Origin: an uncultured Gammaproteobacteria bacterium | GTDB taxonomy: Bacteria; Patescibacteriota; Microgenomatia; UBA10105; UBA927 | NCBI GenBank assembly: GCA_964527425.1 | Contig: CAZGOA010000006.1 | Location: forward strand, 13,928-77,927 | Direction of reading: 5' to 3' | Length of the DNA: 64,000 nt | In this document: positions 1 to 10,129 of the stretch, in pieces | How positions within the stretch are numbered: the first letter of the stretch is position 1 | How the letters are laid out: each line of letters opens with the position of its first letter | Notes under the pieces: model-generated | Told to the model about the DNA's origin: nothing | Database searches by the model: none | Seen by the model: only the letters and a program-made list of their open reading frames with translations | Position numbers and translations under genes: made by a program

Positions 1-2
1 TC

Positions 3-368
3 GTGGGTGTTTTTATCTGGATAGTAGGATTTTATATTGAGACTACTGCAGATATGCAGCTTACACGGTTTATACATAATCCTCAAAATAAAGGAAAGAT
101 TATGGACAAGGGGTTATGGCGATATTCCCGGCATCCGAATTATTTTGGTGAGGTGGTTCAGTGGTGGGGTATTTGGATGCTGGCTTTAGTAACCCCAATT
201 GGATTTTTCACTATCATAGGACCGCTGACAATAACATATCTTATTCTATTTGTGTCTGGAGTACCTCTTCTTGAGAATAAATATGAAGGCAGGTATGACT
301 ATGAGCAATATAAAAAAAGAACAAGTAAATTTTTTCCATTACCACCAAGGTCTAATAATACCCACTAA
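3..368 (+). CDS. C-terminal fragment of a membrane protein of the ICMT/DUF1295/steroid-5-alpha-reductase-like family. The 5' end lies outside the window.
   Basis: The translation contains the motif SRHPNYFGE followed by a hydrophobic segment, typical of the isoprenylcysteine carboxyl methyltransferase/DUF1295 superfamily. The ORF is open to the window edge. Confidence 0.5.
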   Translation: MGVFIWIVGFYIETTADMQLTRFIHNPQNKGKIMDKGLWRYSRHPNYFGEVVQWWGIWMLALVTPIGFFTIIGPLTITYLILFVSGVPLLENKYEGRYDYEQYKKRTSKFFPLPPRSNNTH

Positions 369-456
369 CGTTATAATAATGCTCTAGTACACGGACATGT
401 TAACAGTTTGTTAATGTGTAAATACATGGTATTATTTTAGTAATTCTAAAAACGCC

Positions 457-3168
457 TTGGATGATCTAGTTTATAGTTCATCAATTATTACCGGCCAAGA
501 ATTATACTGTGGTCGGTTTTTCATAAAAAATCCCCACAAAACTCTTAATTTTATGAAAGATAAGTCAACAGGATTATCTACACAGCAGGCAAATAAGAAA
601 CTATTAGAAGTCGGGTATAACGAACTTACTGAGCAAAAAAAAGCATCTCCATTAACAATACTTCTTAGACAAGTAAAAGGAAATTTTGTATTATATCTTC
701 TTATTTTTTCAGCTATTCTTTCATTACTTGTTGGTAAAGTAGTAACAACGTATGTAATTTTTTTCGTTATTTCGTTAGTTATTATCGTCGGATTCGTTTT
801 AGAATATAAGGCTGAAAAAGCAATAGAAGCACTGAAAAAAATGGTTCAGGAATTCTCATTAGTATTGCGAGACGGAAAAGAAATAGAAATTCCTTCAAGA
901 GAGCTTGTTCCAGGAGATATTATTCTTTTGCAAAGTGGTAAAAAAATACCGGCAGATGCAGTAATTTTGGAGGCAAATAATCTTCATGTAAATGAAGCGG
1001 TACTAACAGGTGAATCACAAGAGGTTGAAAAACAGGCTTTGGGATCTTCAGAAAATTCTGAAGATATCAATAAGGTCTTTATGGGTACATTCGTTGTAAA
1101 CGGAAAATGTATCGCCAAAGTAATTGACACTGGTATGAGTACAAAATTTGGTGGTATCGCTCATATGATTTCCAGTAGTGAAAAAGATCTTCCGCTTCAA
1201 GAAAAAATAAACCACATTACAAAATACATGATATTTGTATCTCTAACATTTTCCTTCTTAACGGGGTTGCTTATGTTTATGAGAAGTGACTCATTAACAT
1301 ATTCAGTCATTGCAGAAATATTAATCGTTGTGATTGCGTTATCTGTTTCTGCAGTACCTGAGGGTTTACCGGTTGTATTAGTAACTACTTTGGCCAATGG
1401 CGCAATGCGTATGGCGAAAAGAAATGCAATAGTGAATAGAATGTCTGTAATAGGTACTATCGGGGAGACAACGGTAATTTGTTCAGATAAAACCGGAACC
1501 ATCACCAAAGGGGAGATGACAGTAAAAAAAGTATTTACATCAGGTAGTATGTATGACGTTACCGGAGACGGGTATGAACATAATGGTGAAGTTGTAATAA
1601 ATAATCAGAAAGCCGTATGGTCAGAAGATCACTCATTTAATTTTTTGCTTCAGACAGCAGTACTCAATAATGATGCAAAAGTACAAAGAAAAGAAGGGGA
1701 AAATACATATTTAGTTTCAGGAACTCCAACAGAGGCTTCGCTTCTAATTTTTGCTGAAAAAGCAGGATTACAAATAGATACGCTCCCAAATAAACGTATA
1801 GAAGAAATACCGTTTTCTTCGACGAGGAAAATGATGTCAGTCTTAAGTGAAGATGGGAATATCTATGTTAAAGGTGCTCCAGAAATGATTTTACAGCATT
1901 GTTCAAGAATTCAAATTGGTGAAAAAATAGTGAATCTTGATTCTAAACATAAGTCAGAAATTATTAAAAACATGCAATCACTCGCAAACCAGGCCTACCG
2001 CACATTAGCGTTAGCGTATAAAGTTCATGGAACACATAAACAGTATCAAGAGACTGACCTTATTTTTCTTGGTCTAGTAGGCATAGAAGATCCACCTAGA
2101 GAAGAAGTAAAGCATGCTGTCGCAACATCGCTTGCGGCTGGAATCAAGGTCAAAATGATTACTGGTGATAACCCTGATACAGCATTTGCCATTGCAACTC
2201 AAATAGGATTAACCGGAAACATCGTAGAGGGTAAAGAAATAGATGCTCTTTCTGATGATGAATTAGCATACGCAATTAAGGATGTTGTGGTTTTTGCTCG
2301 TGTTCGACCGGAACATAAAGTACGCATTGTTAAAGCTCTAAAAAAGAACGGTGAACTCGTCGCGATGACTGGAGATGGAGTAAATGATGCACCAGCCCTT
2401 AAAGAATCGCATGTTGGTATAGCAATGGGAATAGCGGGTACAGATGTTTCCCGATCTGTTGCTGATATAACCCTTAAGGATGACAATTTTGCGACTATAG
2501 TAGCTGCTATTAAAGAGGGTAGGGGAATCTTTAGTAATATTCAAACCTTTGTCTCTTACCAGTTATCTGTAAATATGGCACAGTTATTTATTATCTTTAT
2601 TGGAGTATTACTGGGACCATATTTGGGTTGGCAAATTCCACTTTTTGTTGCTCTGCAAATTTTATTCGTAAATCTTATTACAGATAGTTTGCCAGCAATA
2701 GCTCTTGGTCTAATTCCAGCAGATAGTGAGGTTATGAAGAGAAAACCTGTACGCAGCGGTATACTTACTCTTCAGTTAACAGTATTTATAATTCTTATCG
2801 GTGTAACAACAGGCTTAGTTGTTTTAGCAACCTTCTTCCTTTTTCATGATCATTTTAATTTACCTCATGAAGAAGCACGGTCTTTAGCTTTTGTTAGTTT
2901 TATACTTATGGCAATTGTGAATGCATTTAATTTTCGTACATTACGATCATCTGTTTTCTCGCATCTTCACGTAAAGAATAATTATTTAGTAATCGCTTCA
3001 TTGATTTCTTTACTGGCAACATTGGTAGTAATTTATACGCCAATTAGGAGGTATTTTGAGCTTGTACCATTGACGTTTGAAGATTGGATGGTTGCGTTCC
3101 TTGCTGCATTTGCAATTACTACTTTTTTTGAAGTTATCAAATTTTTTCATCGAAAACTCTATATATAA
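457..3168 (+). CDS. P-type cation-transporting ATPase, type II (Ca2+/Mg2+-like)
   Basis: 903 aa. The TGES actuator motif, the CSDKTGTIT phosphorylation motif and the hinge TGDGVNDAPAL are present. There are multiple TM helices before and after the cytoplasmic domains. The N-terminus (KTLNFMKDKSTGLS...NEL) resembles canonical Ca-ATPase N-termini. An alternative start at 553 is possible. Confidence 0.9.
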   Translation: MDDLVYSSSIITGQELYCGRFFIKNPHKTLNFMKDKSTGLSTQQANKKLLEVGYNELTEQKKASPLTILLRQVKGNFVLYLLIFSAILSLLVGKVVTTYVIFFVISLVIIVGFVLEYKAEKAIEALKKMVQEFSLVLRDGKEIEIPSRELVPGDIILLQSGKKIPADAVILEANNLHVNEAVLTGESQEVEKQALGSSENSEDINKVFMGTFVVNGKCIAKVIDTGMSTKFGGIAHMISSSEKDLPLQEKINHITKYMIFVSLTFSFLTGLLMFMRSDSLTYSVIAEILIVVIALSVSAVPEGLPVVLVTTLANGAMRMAKRNAIVNRMSVIGTIGETTVICSDKTGTITKGEMTVKKVFTSGSMYDVTGDGYEHNGEVVINNQKAVWSEDHSFNFLLQTAVLNNDAKVQRKEGENTYLVSGTPTEASLLIFAEKAGLQIDTLPNKRIEEIPFSSTRKMMSVLSEDGNIYVKGAPEMILQHCSRIQIGEKIVNLDSKHKSEIIKNMQSLANQAYRTLALAYKVHGTHKQYQETDLIFLGLVGIEDPPREEVKHAVATSLAAGIKVKMITGDNPDTAFAIATQIGLTGNIVEGKEIDALSDDELAYAIKDVVVFARVRPEHKVRIVKALKKNGELVAMTGDGVNDAPALKESHVGIAMGIAGTDVSRSVADITLKDDNFATIVAAIKEGRGIFSNIQTFVSYQLSVNMAQLFIIFIGVLLGPYLGWQIPLFVALQILFVNLITDSLPAIALGLIPADSEVMKRKPVRSGILTLQLTVFIILIGVTTGLVVLATFFLFHDHFNLPHEEARSLAFVSFILMAIVNAFNFRTLRSSVFSHLHVKNNYLVIASLISLLATLVVIYTPIRRYFELVPLTFEDWMVAFLAAFAITTFFEVIKFFHRKLYI

Positions 3169-3406
3169 CATAGTAAAAAGAACAGGCGTTTAGGTTAACA
3201 ATTAATGTTTTAATCTGTAGTTTTTCGATAGGGGATGATCAATAGAGTATAGAATAATTGGTCTTTGTGTTACGCTTCTTGTCATGAATACTAAGTACTA
3301 CACATTACTTTCTCAACGCTACTTACGAAAAGAATAACAGACGCATGTTCGGTTCATAGCTTCTTATTATTGGGAAATATAGCATTGTTAACAACACGGT
3401 GGGTGT

Positions 3407-3847
3407 CTAAGAGGATTTATTCTCTGTATCCAGTTCGTGTTTAATAATATATTTAGTTTCCTTTTCAATATTTTCAATTTTTTGATCGAGCTGACTTATT
3501 CTTTCAAACAGCCTCTCCCAGTAAAATTCTTCTTGGTTTCTGCTCATACTCGAACTAATAATCGCAATGAGGGAACCAAAGAGCATAGTCCCTAAAATCT
3601 GCATAAAAATTCCTATAAAACGTCCGGCTTCAGTTACTGGTGTAACATCACCGTATCCAACCGTTGTGAGTGTTTGCACTGTCCACCAGAGCCCATCGCT
3701 GTAGGAGGTTATTTTTGCATTATTAGCCTGAGATTCAATTGGTACAATTGCAAAAGAAATAATTATGGATAACAGAACAGCTCCTGCTAACATTTGTTTA
3801 AATCGTCTGTGTCGTAAAAGCCGCTGTCTTAAGGAATGTATTTTCAT
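3407..3847 (-). CDS. Minimal two-TM potassium channel (KcsA-like) with a C-terminal coiled-coil tail
   Basis: 146 aa. The selectivity filter TTVGYGDVTP is flanked by two hydrophobic helices. The C-terminus is charged and heptad-like. Confidence 0.8.
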   Translation of the reverse strand: MKIHSLRQRLLRHRRFKQMLAGAVLLSIIISFAIVPIESQANNAKITSYSDGLWWTVQTLTTVGYGDVTPVTEAGRFIGIFMQILGTMLFGSLIAIISSSMSRNQEEFYWERLFERISQLDQKIENIEKETKYIIKHELDTENKSS

Positions 3848-3854
3848 ACGTTGT

Positions 3855-5702
3855 TTACCCTATTAAATCAAAAGCTTTTAGTTTTTCTTGTTGTTCATCT
3901 GAAGGGGATTTGAGAAGTTTTTGTTGTAGGGCAACAAGTTGAGCGTACAATCCTTTTTTATCTTTCAAAAGCTCCTTGTGGTTTCCGTATTGAGCAATTG
4001 TTCCATCTTGCAATACTAATATGGTATCAGCATTGGCAATAGTTGATAGTCGATGAGCAATTATTATCGATGTTCTGTCTTTTAATAACGCTTCTAATCC
4101 TTTTTGGACTTCGATTTCAGCTTTGCTATCGAGCGAGCTCGTTGCTTCGTCTAAAATAATAATAGGGGCATTTTTTAACATAGCTCTTGCAATGGCAATG
4201 CGTTGTTTCTGACCACCACTTAATTTAACTCCACGTTCACCAATCATACTGTCATACCCTTGTGAAAGATCTTCTATAAAATTGTGCGCATTTGCCGCTT
4301 TGGCAGCTGCAATTATTTCTTCATTTGTTGCCTGAGGTTTACCATATCTAATATTTTCTTTTATGGTTCCTGAAAAGAGCAGGGATTCTTGAAAAACGAC
4401 AGCAATATGTTCATGAAGCGATTGTTGAGATACATGTCCAATATCAACATTCCCAATCGTTATTGCGCCTTTTTGTGGTTCATAGTAGCGTAGAAGTAAA
4501 TTGACAATAGTTGATTTACCTTGACCGCTTTCACCAACTAATGCAAATTTTTCTCCTTGTTTTATTGTAAAAGATATATTTTGTAATACGTCCTTTCCTG
4601 ATTCATAAGAAAAATAAACTTTATTAAATTCGATAAAAGAATTATTTTTTTTCTGGTGTTTCTCTAAGTGGAGAGGTATTGTGTTTTTTTTGTCAGTAAT
4701 AATAGATTGTGTTTCTATAACTTGGAAAAAGTCCTTTGAACCACTCGTTGCTTGCTGAATTTGACCTAATATATACGACATTGCAAATAAAGGAAATCGA
4801 GCTTGTTGTACCAGTGTAAGCAACAATGTCATTTCTCCTAATGTAAATCGTTCTAAAAAGGTCCAATAGACGATATAGGCATAAATACAGAAAAGAATAA
4901 TATTTAACACTACCCGTCTAAAAAAATCATACAGGTGCCATTGTCTTGTCTGTTGAAGGGTTAGACCCTCTAGTTTTTTTCTGGCTTTTAAGTATGAAGC
5001 TAATTCTATGAGTTCTGCTGCAAAAGATTTAACGACTCGTATGCCAACTAAACTTTCAAATACTCTTCCTTGTGCCTGATCTTGAATTTGATTTTTTTCT
5101 TGCTCATGTTTCATCCATGCTTGACTTGAGCCATGAGAAATAAGGATGTAAATAGGAAACAGTACAGCCAATAAGATACTTATTACGTACGAATATTGTG
5201 CAAGCAGGAAAATAGTAACGAATGCTGTAAGGAAAAAAGGAAGAAAATTATTCAACATGTTTTGAATAAATTCAGTAATAGAAGTTATTCCTCTGTACAT
5301 CTTATTTACAATTTTTCCTGTTATTTCGTTATCATAATAGCCTATATGAAGACTTAAAATATGACTATAAAATTGCTTTGAAAGGAATGTTTGTAATCGA
5401 ACTGTAAAGATATCTCCGATCCACTGACTAACAGCTGTAAGGATACTTATCGAAATGTCAACAGCAATCATTAGTAAAAGTAAATAATAGAAATCAGAGA
5501 AATTTATGTCATAACCACTAATTTGATTCACAATAAGATCTACTACATTTTTAGACAAAAGGGGTACTACGAGAGAGAGGAGAGAGATAACTATTACAAA
5601 CAATCCTAATACGAGGTACCAAAGAGTATATTTTTTTGTAAAAGCGAGAATTTTTAGAATGGGATGCATGTGTTTATTGATTGAATAATAAAATTGTAGC
5701 AA
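3855..5702 (-). CDS. ABC exporter with fused permease and ATPase (MsbA/lipid-exporter type)
   Basis: 615 aa. The N-terminal half has six TM helices. The C-terminal half has Walker A (GESGQGKST), the ABC signature (LSGGQKQRIAIARA) and Walker B (IILDEATSSLD). Confidence 0.9.
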   Translation of the reverse strand: MLQFYYSINKHMHPILKILAFTKKYTLWYLVLGLFVIVISLLSLVVPLLSKNVVDLIVNQISGYDINFSDFYYLLLLMIAVDISISILTAVSQWIGDIFTVRLQTFLSKQFYSHILSLHIGYYDNEITGKIVNKMYRGITSITEFIQNMLNNFLPFFLTAFVTIFLLAQYSYVISILLAVLFPIYILISHGSSQAWMKHEQEKNQIQDQAQGRVFESLVGIRVVKSFAAELIELASYLKARKKLEGLTLQQTRQWHLYDFFRRVVLNIILFCIYAYIVYWTFLERFTLGEMTLLLTLVQQARFPLFAMSYILGQIQQATSGSKDFFQVIETQSIITDKKNTIPLHLEKHQKKNNSFIEFNKVYFSYESGKDVLQNISFTIKQGEKFALVGESGQGKSTIVNLLLRYYEPQKGAITIGNVDIGHVSQQSLHEHIAVVFQESLLFSGTIKENIRYGKPQATNEEIIAAAKAANAHNFIEDLSQGYDSMIGERGVKLSGGQKQRIAIARAMLKNAPIIILDEATSSLDSKAEIEVQKGLEALLKDRTSIIIAHRLSTIANADTILVLQDGTIAQYGNHKELLKDKKGLYAQLVALQQKLLKSPSDEQQEKLKAFDLIG

Positions 5703-5715
5703 AATTTCCCGAGCA

Positions 5716-6114
5716 TTATTCGTGAGTTTTTTCTATTCTAGAGTTTCGTTTAATTGGATCATTAATCGTCCCTGTTAATAAACACAAAGCGTAAAAGGCA
5801 AAAAGGTAGGCTGCATAGAGAATCATTGCATTTGCAGTCATATTAGGAAATATTGATTCCCAATAGATAAAGAGGGGAATTTCTAACAACAGGAATGTCG
5901 GAAATATTCTCCCGGCAAGTATTGTTTGCGTAACGTTGGTTATATGAAGCCGATCATATAACGTGTACGTCACCAGATACACGAGAGGAATTGTTATAAA
6001 AATAAGTATATATAACAGTGGACTATTTAAATTAAAGATAAGATGACCTAAAAGTCTAATGATACTCTGAGACAGAATCCATAATCCTAAACATATTACT
6101 GTAAATTTCATCAT
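5716..6114 (-). CDS. Small polytopic membrane protein, function unknown
   Basis: 132 aa, about four hydrophobic helices. It lies 13 nt upstream of the ABC exporter on the same strand and is probably cotranscribed. No recognisable motif. Confidence 0.4.
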   Translation of the reverse strand: MMKFTVICLGLWILSQSIIRLLGHLIFNLNSPLLYILIFITIPLVYLVTYTLYDRLHITNVTQTILAGRIFPTFLLLEIPLFIYWESIFPNMTANAMILYAAYLFAFYALCLLTGTINDPIKRNSRIEKTHE

Positions 6115-6132
6115 TCTAGCTATAATTATAGC

Positions 6133-6552
6133 ATGTCTTTAACCGCTAACATGCTTGATGTTGTTGCAATTGTCATTATTCAAGAGAGAAAAGTGTTATT
6201 CACCAAACCATTTAATAAGAAGGTTTATTATTTGCCTGGGGGAAAGAAAAAGAAAAAAGAAACAGATATGGACGCGTTAATAAGAGAAGTAAAAGAAGAA
6301 CTGGGTGTCGCTGTTATTGTTGATTCCTTAACGTTATTCTCTCAGTATTATACTGACGCATATGGAGAAGGAGAGGGTGTTAAACTACATATTCGGTATT
6401 ATTTAGGTGCTTTTGAGGGAACTATTACTCCTTTGTCAGAAATAGAAACGATTTCCTATATGAACGCTTCTGAGTATCTTTCAAAAAAAGAAGTTGCACC
6501 TGCGACACAATTGTTAGTTGCAGATTTAAAAAAAGCAAACTTAATCGATTAG
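6133..6552 (+). CDS. NUDIX hydrolase
   Basis: 139 aa. The Nudix box G-x5-E-x7-REVKEELGV is present as GGKKKKKETDMDALIREVKEELGV. Confidence 0.8.
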   Translation: MSLTANMLDVVAIVIIQERKVLFTKPFNKKVYYLPGGKKKKKETDMDALIREVKEELGVAVIVDSLTLFSQYYTDAYGEGEGVKLHIRYYLGAFEGTITPLSEIETISYMNASEYLSKKEVAPATQLLVADLKKANLID

Positions 6553-6555
6553 TTT

Positions 6556-6584
6556 TTGTAAATAGCTTACTAGTATGGTAAAAT
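6556..6584 (+). promoter_or_regulatory. Sigma-70-like promoter for the RRM gene. It is followed by a 5' leader of about 115 nt containing a hairpin (agaaag/ctttct).
   Basis: TTGTAA (6556-6561), a 17-nt spacer, then TAAAAT (6579-6584). A strong SD (aggagaaaggag) lies just before the ATG at 6702. Confidence 0.45.
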
Positions 6585-6701
6585 ACCCCAGTCTATATCG
6601 TTCACGTCTGATTGTATATCGTGTTTTGTCACAAGAAAGATTCCTTTCTGCAAACATACCGTGTTCGCGTTCGTGTGGTATAGGAGAAAGGAGTTCATTA
6701 T

Positions 6702-6962
6702 ATGAATCTCTTCGTCGGGAATATTCCCTACAGCATGACCGATCAACGTCTTGCTGAAATTTTTGCTGAAGCAGGAACTGTTGTTTCTGCAAAAGTGATC
6801 GTTGATAAGTTTTCAGGACGATCACGAGGATTTGCCTTTGTTGAAATGGCAAGCCAAGAGGAAGGCAAAAAAGCTATAGAGTTACTCCATCAAAAAGATA
6901 TTGATGGTAGACCTCTCGTAGTTAATGAAGCTCGTCCTCGAGAAGATAAACCTCGAAACTAA
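6702..6962 (+). CDS. RRM-type RNA-binding protein (Rbp-like)
   Basis: 86 aa. RNP-2 (LFVGNI) and RNP-1 (RGFAFVEM) motifs are present. The architecture is a single RRM. Confidence 0.9.
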   Translation: MNLFVGNIPYSMTDQRLAEIFAEAGTVVSAKVIVDKFSGRSRGFAFVEMASQEEGKKAIELLHQKDIDGRPLVVNEARPREDKPRN

Positions 6963-6975
6963 AAATATTATTTTT

Positions 6976-7010
6976 AAAGAGCTCCTTACTAAAAAGGAGC
7001 TCTTTTTTTT
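6976..7010 (+). terminator. Rho-independent terminator of the RRM gene
   Basis: 12-bp GC-containing stem (aaagagctcctt / aaggagctcttt), a 6-nt loop, then a T8 run. Confidence 0.8.
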
Positions 7011-7054
7011 GTGTAACACTTGCCAGATACACATAAACGCATTAGTCTTTAAGT

Positions 7055-7729
7055 ATGCCTAAAGTTAGTCAACCGAAAGTGACGGATAATGGATTAGTCG
7101 GAATTTTCCGACTGTGGGCATGGATTTTGCTGATTTGGTCTCTTTATCGTTACTTTTTTAATTTTTCTGAAGTAGTTGATGAATTTGTTGCAAAACCATT
7201 AGTATTTGTTGTCCCAATTTTTCTCTACGTATTATTTATTGAAAAACGTTCTCTTTCTTCATTAGGACTAACTTCCAAGAATTTTTTCACTAGTTTATAT
7301 ACAGGTATCGGTATTGGTTTTTTATTTGCATTGCAGGGGTTAGCAGCAAACTTTATTAAATATGGAGATTTTACAATTAATCCAATTCAGGCATTTAGAG
7401 AGTATGGATTTTTTCTCGTAGTTATTTCTTTAATGACCGCATTTAGTGAAGAATTACTTGGAAGAGGATTCTTATTTTCAAGATTTTTTGAAAAAAGTAA
7501 TGAAAATTTAATTTATTCTTCAGTTTATTCAACAGGAATGTTTGTTCTTCTGCATGTTCCAATATTATTAACAACGTTTAAATATCAAGGAACAACATTG
7601 ATCATGTTTTTTGCAACGAGTATAGCCATTGGGTTTGCAAACTCTATTTTATTTCGTTATTCCAAATCATTAGTTGCTCCAATATTGGTACATCTTTTTT
7701 GGAATATGACAGTAGCTCTCTATTTGTAA
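7055..7729 (+). CDS. CPBP-family (CAAX/Abi) intramembrane metalloprotease
   Basis: 224 aa polytopic protein. It has the EExxxR motif (FSEELLGRGF) and a distal H-x3-N-like motif (VHLFWN) characteristic of CPBP proteases. Confidence 0.7.
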   Translation: MPKVSQPKVTDNGLVGIFRLWAWILLIWSLYRYFFNFSEVVDEFVAKPLVFVVPIFLYVLFIEKRSLSSLGLTSKNFFTSLYTGIGIGFLFALQGLAANFIKYGDFTINPIQAFREYGFFLVVISLMTAFSEELLGRGFLFSRFFEKSNENLIYSSVYSTGMFVLLHVPILLTTFKYQGTTLIMFFATSIAIGFANSILFRYSKSLVAPILVHLFWNMTVALYL

Positions 7730-9354
7730 TTAGTTGAAGGTGAAGATTCTAGAGTATCAAGTAATAATTTAATTTTTTCTGTTTCTCCTGTTTCAGTATA
7801 CAGCTTAAGTAGTGCTTCATATGAAAAATAAAATGCTGGATTCACTTCTAAAGCTTTTAGTAAATAGTATTCCGCTGTTTGATATTGCTTTTGTTCTAAA
7901 TAGAGATTGCCGAGATTATGATAGGCATTGGGTAGCGAAGGATTAAGGGTTATAACTTGATTATATTCAACTATAGCTTTCTCTAGCTCACCACGTTTGT
8001 GATATTCCATGGCTAAATTATTTCTGACTCTAAAACTGTTTGGAACGTATCGCAATGTATGAGTATACAAACGAAGCGGATCCTGCCAGTCATGTTGCCG
8101 TATCCAAGACCTAACAACCCAAATCCCAATGATACACAGTATTAAAACGTACAATAACTTTTTTATAGCTTTTTCATTCTTTTTTGTAGATATAAAAATA
8201 AACAGTAATGACAGGAGTAAACCAAAAAAGAATACTAAAGGAGTATAGAGAAAATGTTCATACATTAATCCGTTTATCAGTAATAATCCTGAAAAAGGAA
8301 GGAAAGCAACAAAAAACCCTAGAAAGAAAAAAAGACAGATTGACCAAACAGGATGGTTTTTATAACGAATAAGTAGTAAAGCGAACATAGTTGTTAAAAA
8401 GAAAAAAACGAGAAATGAAGGGAAATGCCAGAGAGAAGTTGGAATAGTTACACTAAAATCCCTATCATAGTATAAATCTTTAGGAAAAAGCAGAATAAAT
8501 AGGTATTGTGGAAGTAGCGTTAAGAATACGACTATTCGTAATAGTGGTGAATATGTATATGGATGATCTCCCCAAATAGATGACATATCAATTTGTTGTA
8601 TTATCTGAAAGTGATAAATTAAATAGGTTATTGTAATTAATAAAAACATACCAAGACTTCTGAATGCATCAAATATAAGGTCAGTCTTTATTGAGCTTAT
8701 ACTGTTAATTTTTTTTGCTCTATTAAAGAGCCAAAGAAGTAGTATTATTCCACCAAAAATAATTCCTGATTCTTTAGACAAGAGGGATACGGTATAAGCA
8801 GTCATACTAGCAAATGGCATGTTGGTTGGTGGTGTTTTTATAAAGAGAAAAAGACTTAAAAAACCAAAAAAGGTGACCAAAGGATCTGATACCCCAGACA
8901 CATAACTAACCGCTTCTGTTTGCACAGGATGAATTAAGAAAATAAGGGAGATGACTAGAGCGAATATCTGATTATTACGCTTTAAATAGGATGTTGTGGT
9001 ATGGTGTTTATCGGGCAGTACATAGACAAACAGTGAATGTACAAACAAATACACAGTTATTGCTGCAAGTATATGAATGATAATGCTCACAGCATGGAAA
9101 AGAAGGGGAGAGGGACCATTTATCGCATAGAGTAAGGCATAGAGAATAAATTGTATTGGTCTAAAATAATTAGAATCTTTATTGCTGCCTTCAACTGCCT
9201 GTTGGGTAAAGAATTTATCGATTTGAAAGGTTTTTACATACTTATTTTCCAGGATAAAATCTGTATCGTCCCAAAATAATGATCCAGAAAAAGAAGGAAT
9301 ATATGAGATCAATCCAAGTATGATAATGAGGATATAAGCGACACTTTTTTTCAC
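7720..9354 (-). CDS. Polytopic membrane protein with C-terminal TPR repeats (TMTC/PMT-like putative GT-C glycosyltransferase)
   Basis: 544 aa. There are at least 10 TM helices. The first extracytoplasmic loop contains LFWDD. The C-terminal ~130 aa form TPR repeats (AIVEYNQVITLNP..., AYHNLGNLYLEQKQYQTAEYYLLKALEVNP). Confidence 0.6.
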   Translation of the reverse strand: MKKSVAYILIIILGLISYIPSFSGSLFWDDTDFILENKYVKTFQIDKFFTQQAVEGSNKDSNYFRPIQFILYALLYAINGPSPLLFHAVSIIIHILAAITVYLFVHSLFVYVLPDKHHTTTSYLKRNNQIFALVISLIFLIHPVQTEAVSYVSGVSDPLVTFFGFLSLFLFIKTPPTNMPFASMTAYTVSLLSKESGIIFGGIILLLWLFNRAKKINSISSIKTDLIFDAFRSLGMFLLITITYLIYHFQIIQQIDMSSIWGDHPYTYSPLLRIVVFLTLLPQYLFILLFPKDLYYDRDFSVTIPTSLWHFPSFLVFFFLTTMFALLLIRYKNHPVWSICLFFFLGFFVAFLPFSGLLLINGLMYEHFLYTPLVFFFGLLLSLLFIFISTKKNEKAIKKLLYVLILCIIGIWVVRSWIRQHDWQDPLRLYTHTLRYVPNSFRVRNNLAMEYHKRGELEKAIVEYNQVITLNPSLPNAYHNLGNLYLEQKQYQTAEYYLLKALEVNPAFYFSYEALLKLYTETGETEKIKLLLDTLESSPSTNYK

Positions 9355-9364
9355 AGTTATAATT

Positions 9365-10126
9365 CTAGCCGACTAACCATCCACCATCGATATATATAGT
9401 ACTTCCTGTCATGTAACTATTTTCTTCAGAGGCTAGAAATGTAACAAGGTTAGCTATTTCCTGAGTCGTTGCAAATCGTTTTAAGGGGATACGTTTAATA
9501 ATATGTTGAAAAAGCTGTGGGTTTTCCTTTATTGGTGTTGTAATGTCTGTTTCCACGTATCCAGGTGCCACTGCGTTCACCAAAATATTTTCCGAAGCTA
9601 ATTCGCTTGCAAGTGCGCTTGTTAATCCAACAACTGCAGCTTTACTCGATATATAACTCGAAATTTCTTTGTCTGATGCTCCAACACCACCAGTTAACAG
9701 AGATGAGATATTAATTATCCTGCCATATCGTTGTTTTACCATTTCTTGGGCAACTTTTTGAGTTACCATAAATGCCCCCTTTACGTTCGTATCCATGACT
9801 ATGTCCCAAGATTCTTCAGGAGTTTCAAGTAGTGGTGATTCTTTTACTACTCCTGCATTATTCACTAAGATATCGATGCGGCTGTGCATAGAAATCAGCA
9901 AATCAACACCTTTTTCTATTTGTTCTTTTTTTGTTACGTCAAAAGGAATAGGGATTAGTGTGAGTTGTTCTTTTTTTGCAAGAGCTGATAGTTCTTCGAG
10001 TTTTTCAATCTTACGGCTTGAAATTGCTACAATTGCACCCTGTTTTGCGAGTGTTAAGGCGATGGTGCGACCAATTCCACTTGAGGCACCAGTAACAAGG
10101 GCAATTCTACCAGTTAGGTTAAGCAT
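9365..10126 (-). CDS. Short-chain dehydrogenase/reductase (FabG-like)
   Basis: 253 aa. The cofactor motif TGASSGIG, the NNAG motif and the catalytic YxxxK (YISSK) are present. Confidence 0.85.
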   Translation of the reverse strand: MLNLTGRIALVTGASSGIGRTIALTLAKQGAIVAISSRKIEKLEELSALAKKEQLTLIPIPFDVTKKEQIEKGVDLLISMHSRIDILVNNAGVVKESPLLETPEESWDIVMDTNVKGAFMVTQKVAQEMVKQRYGRIINISSLLTGGVGASDKEISSYISSKAAVVGLTSALASELASENILVNAVAPGYVETDITTPIKENPQLFQHIIKRIPLKRFATTQEIANLVTFLASEENSYMTGSTIYIDGGWLVG

Positions 10127-10129
10127 ACG

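Noticed and set aside
1197-2544. Three antisense ORFs (1197-1508, 2199-2486, 2338-2544) inside the P-type ATPase gene
   Set aside because: They lie entirely within and antisense to a gene with unambiguous P-type ATPase motifs. Their composition is low-complexity with no motifs, so they are spurious.
6541-6852. ORFs 6541-6852 (-) and 6575-6757 (+) in and around the RRM gene leader
   Set aside because: They overlap the promoter, leader and coding start of a well-supported RRM gene. The peptides are Q/R-rich and there is no SD, so they are likely noise.
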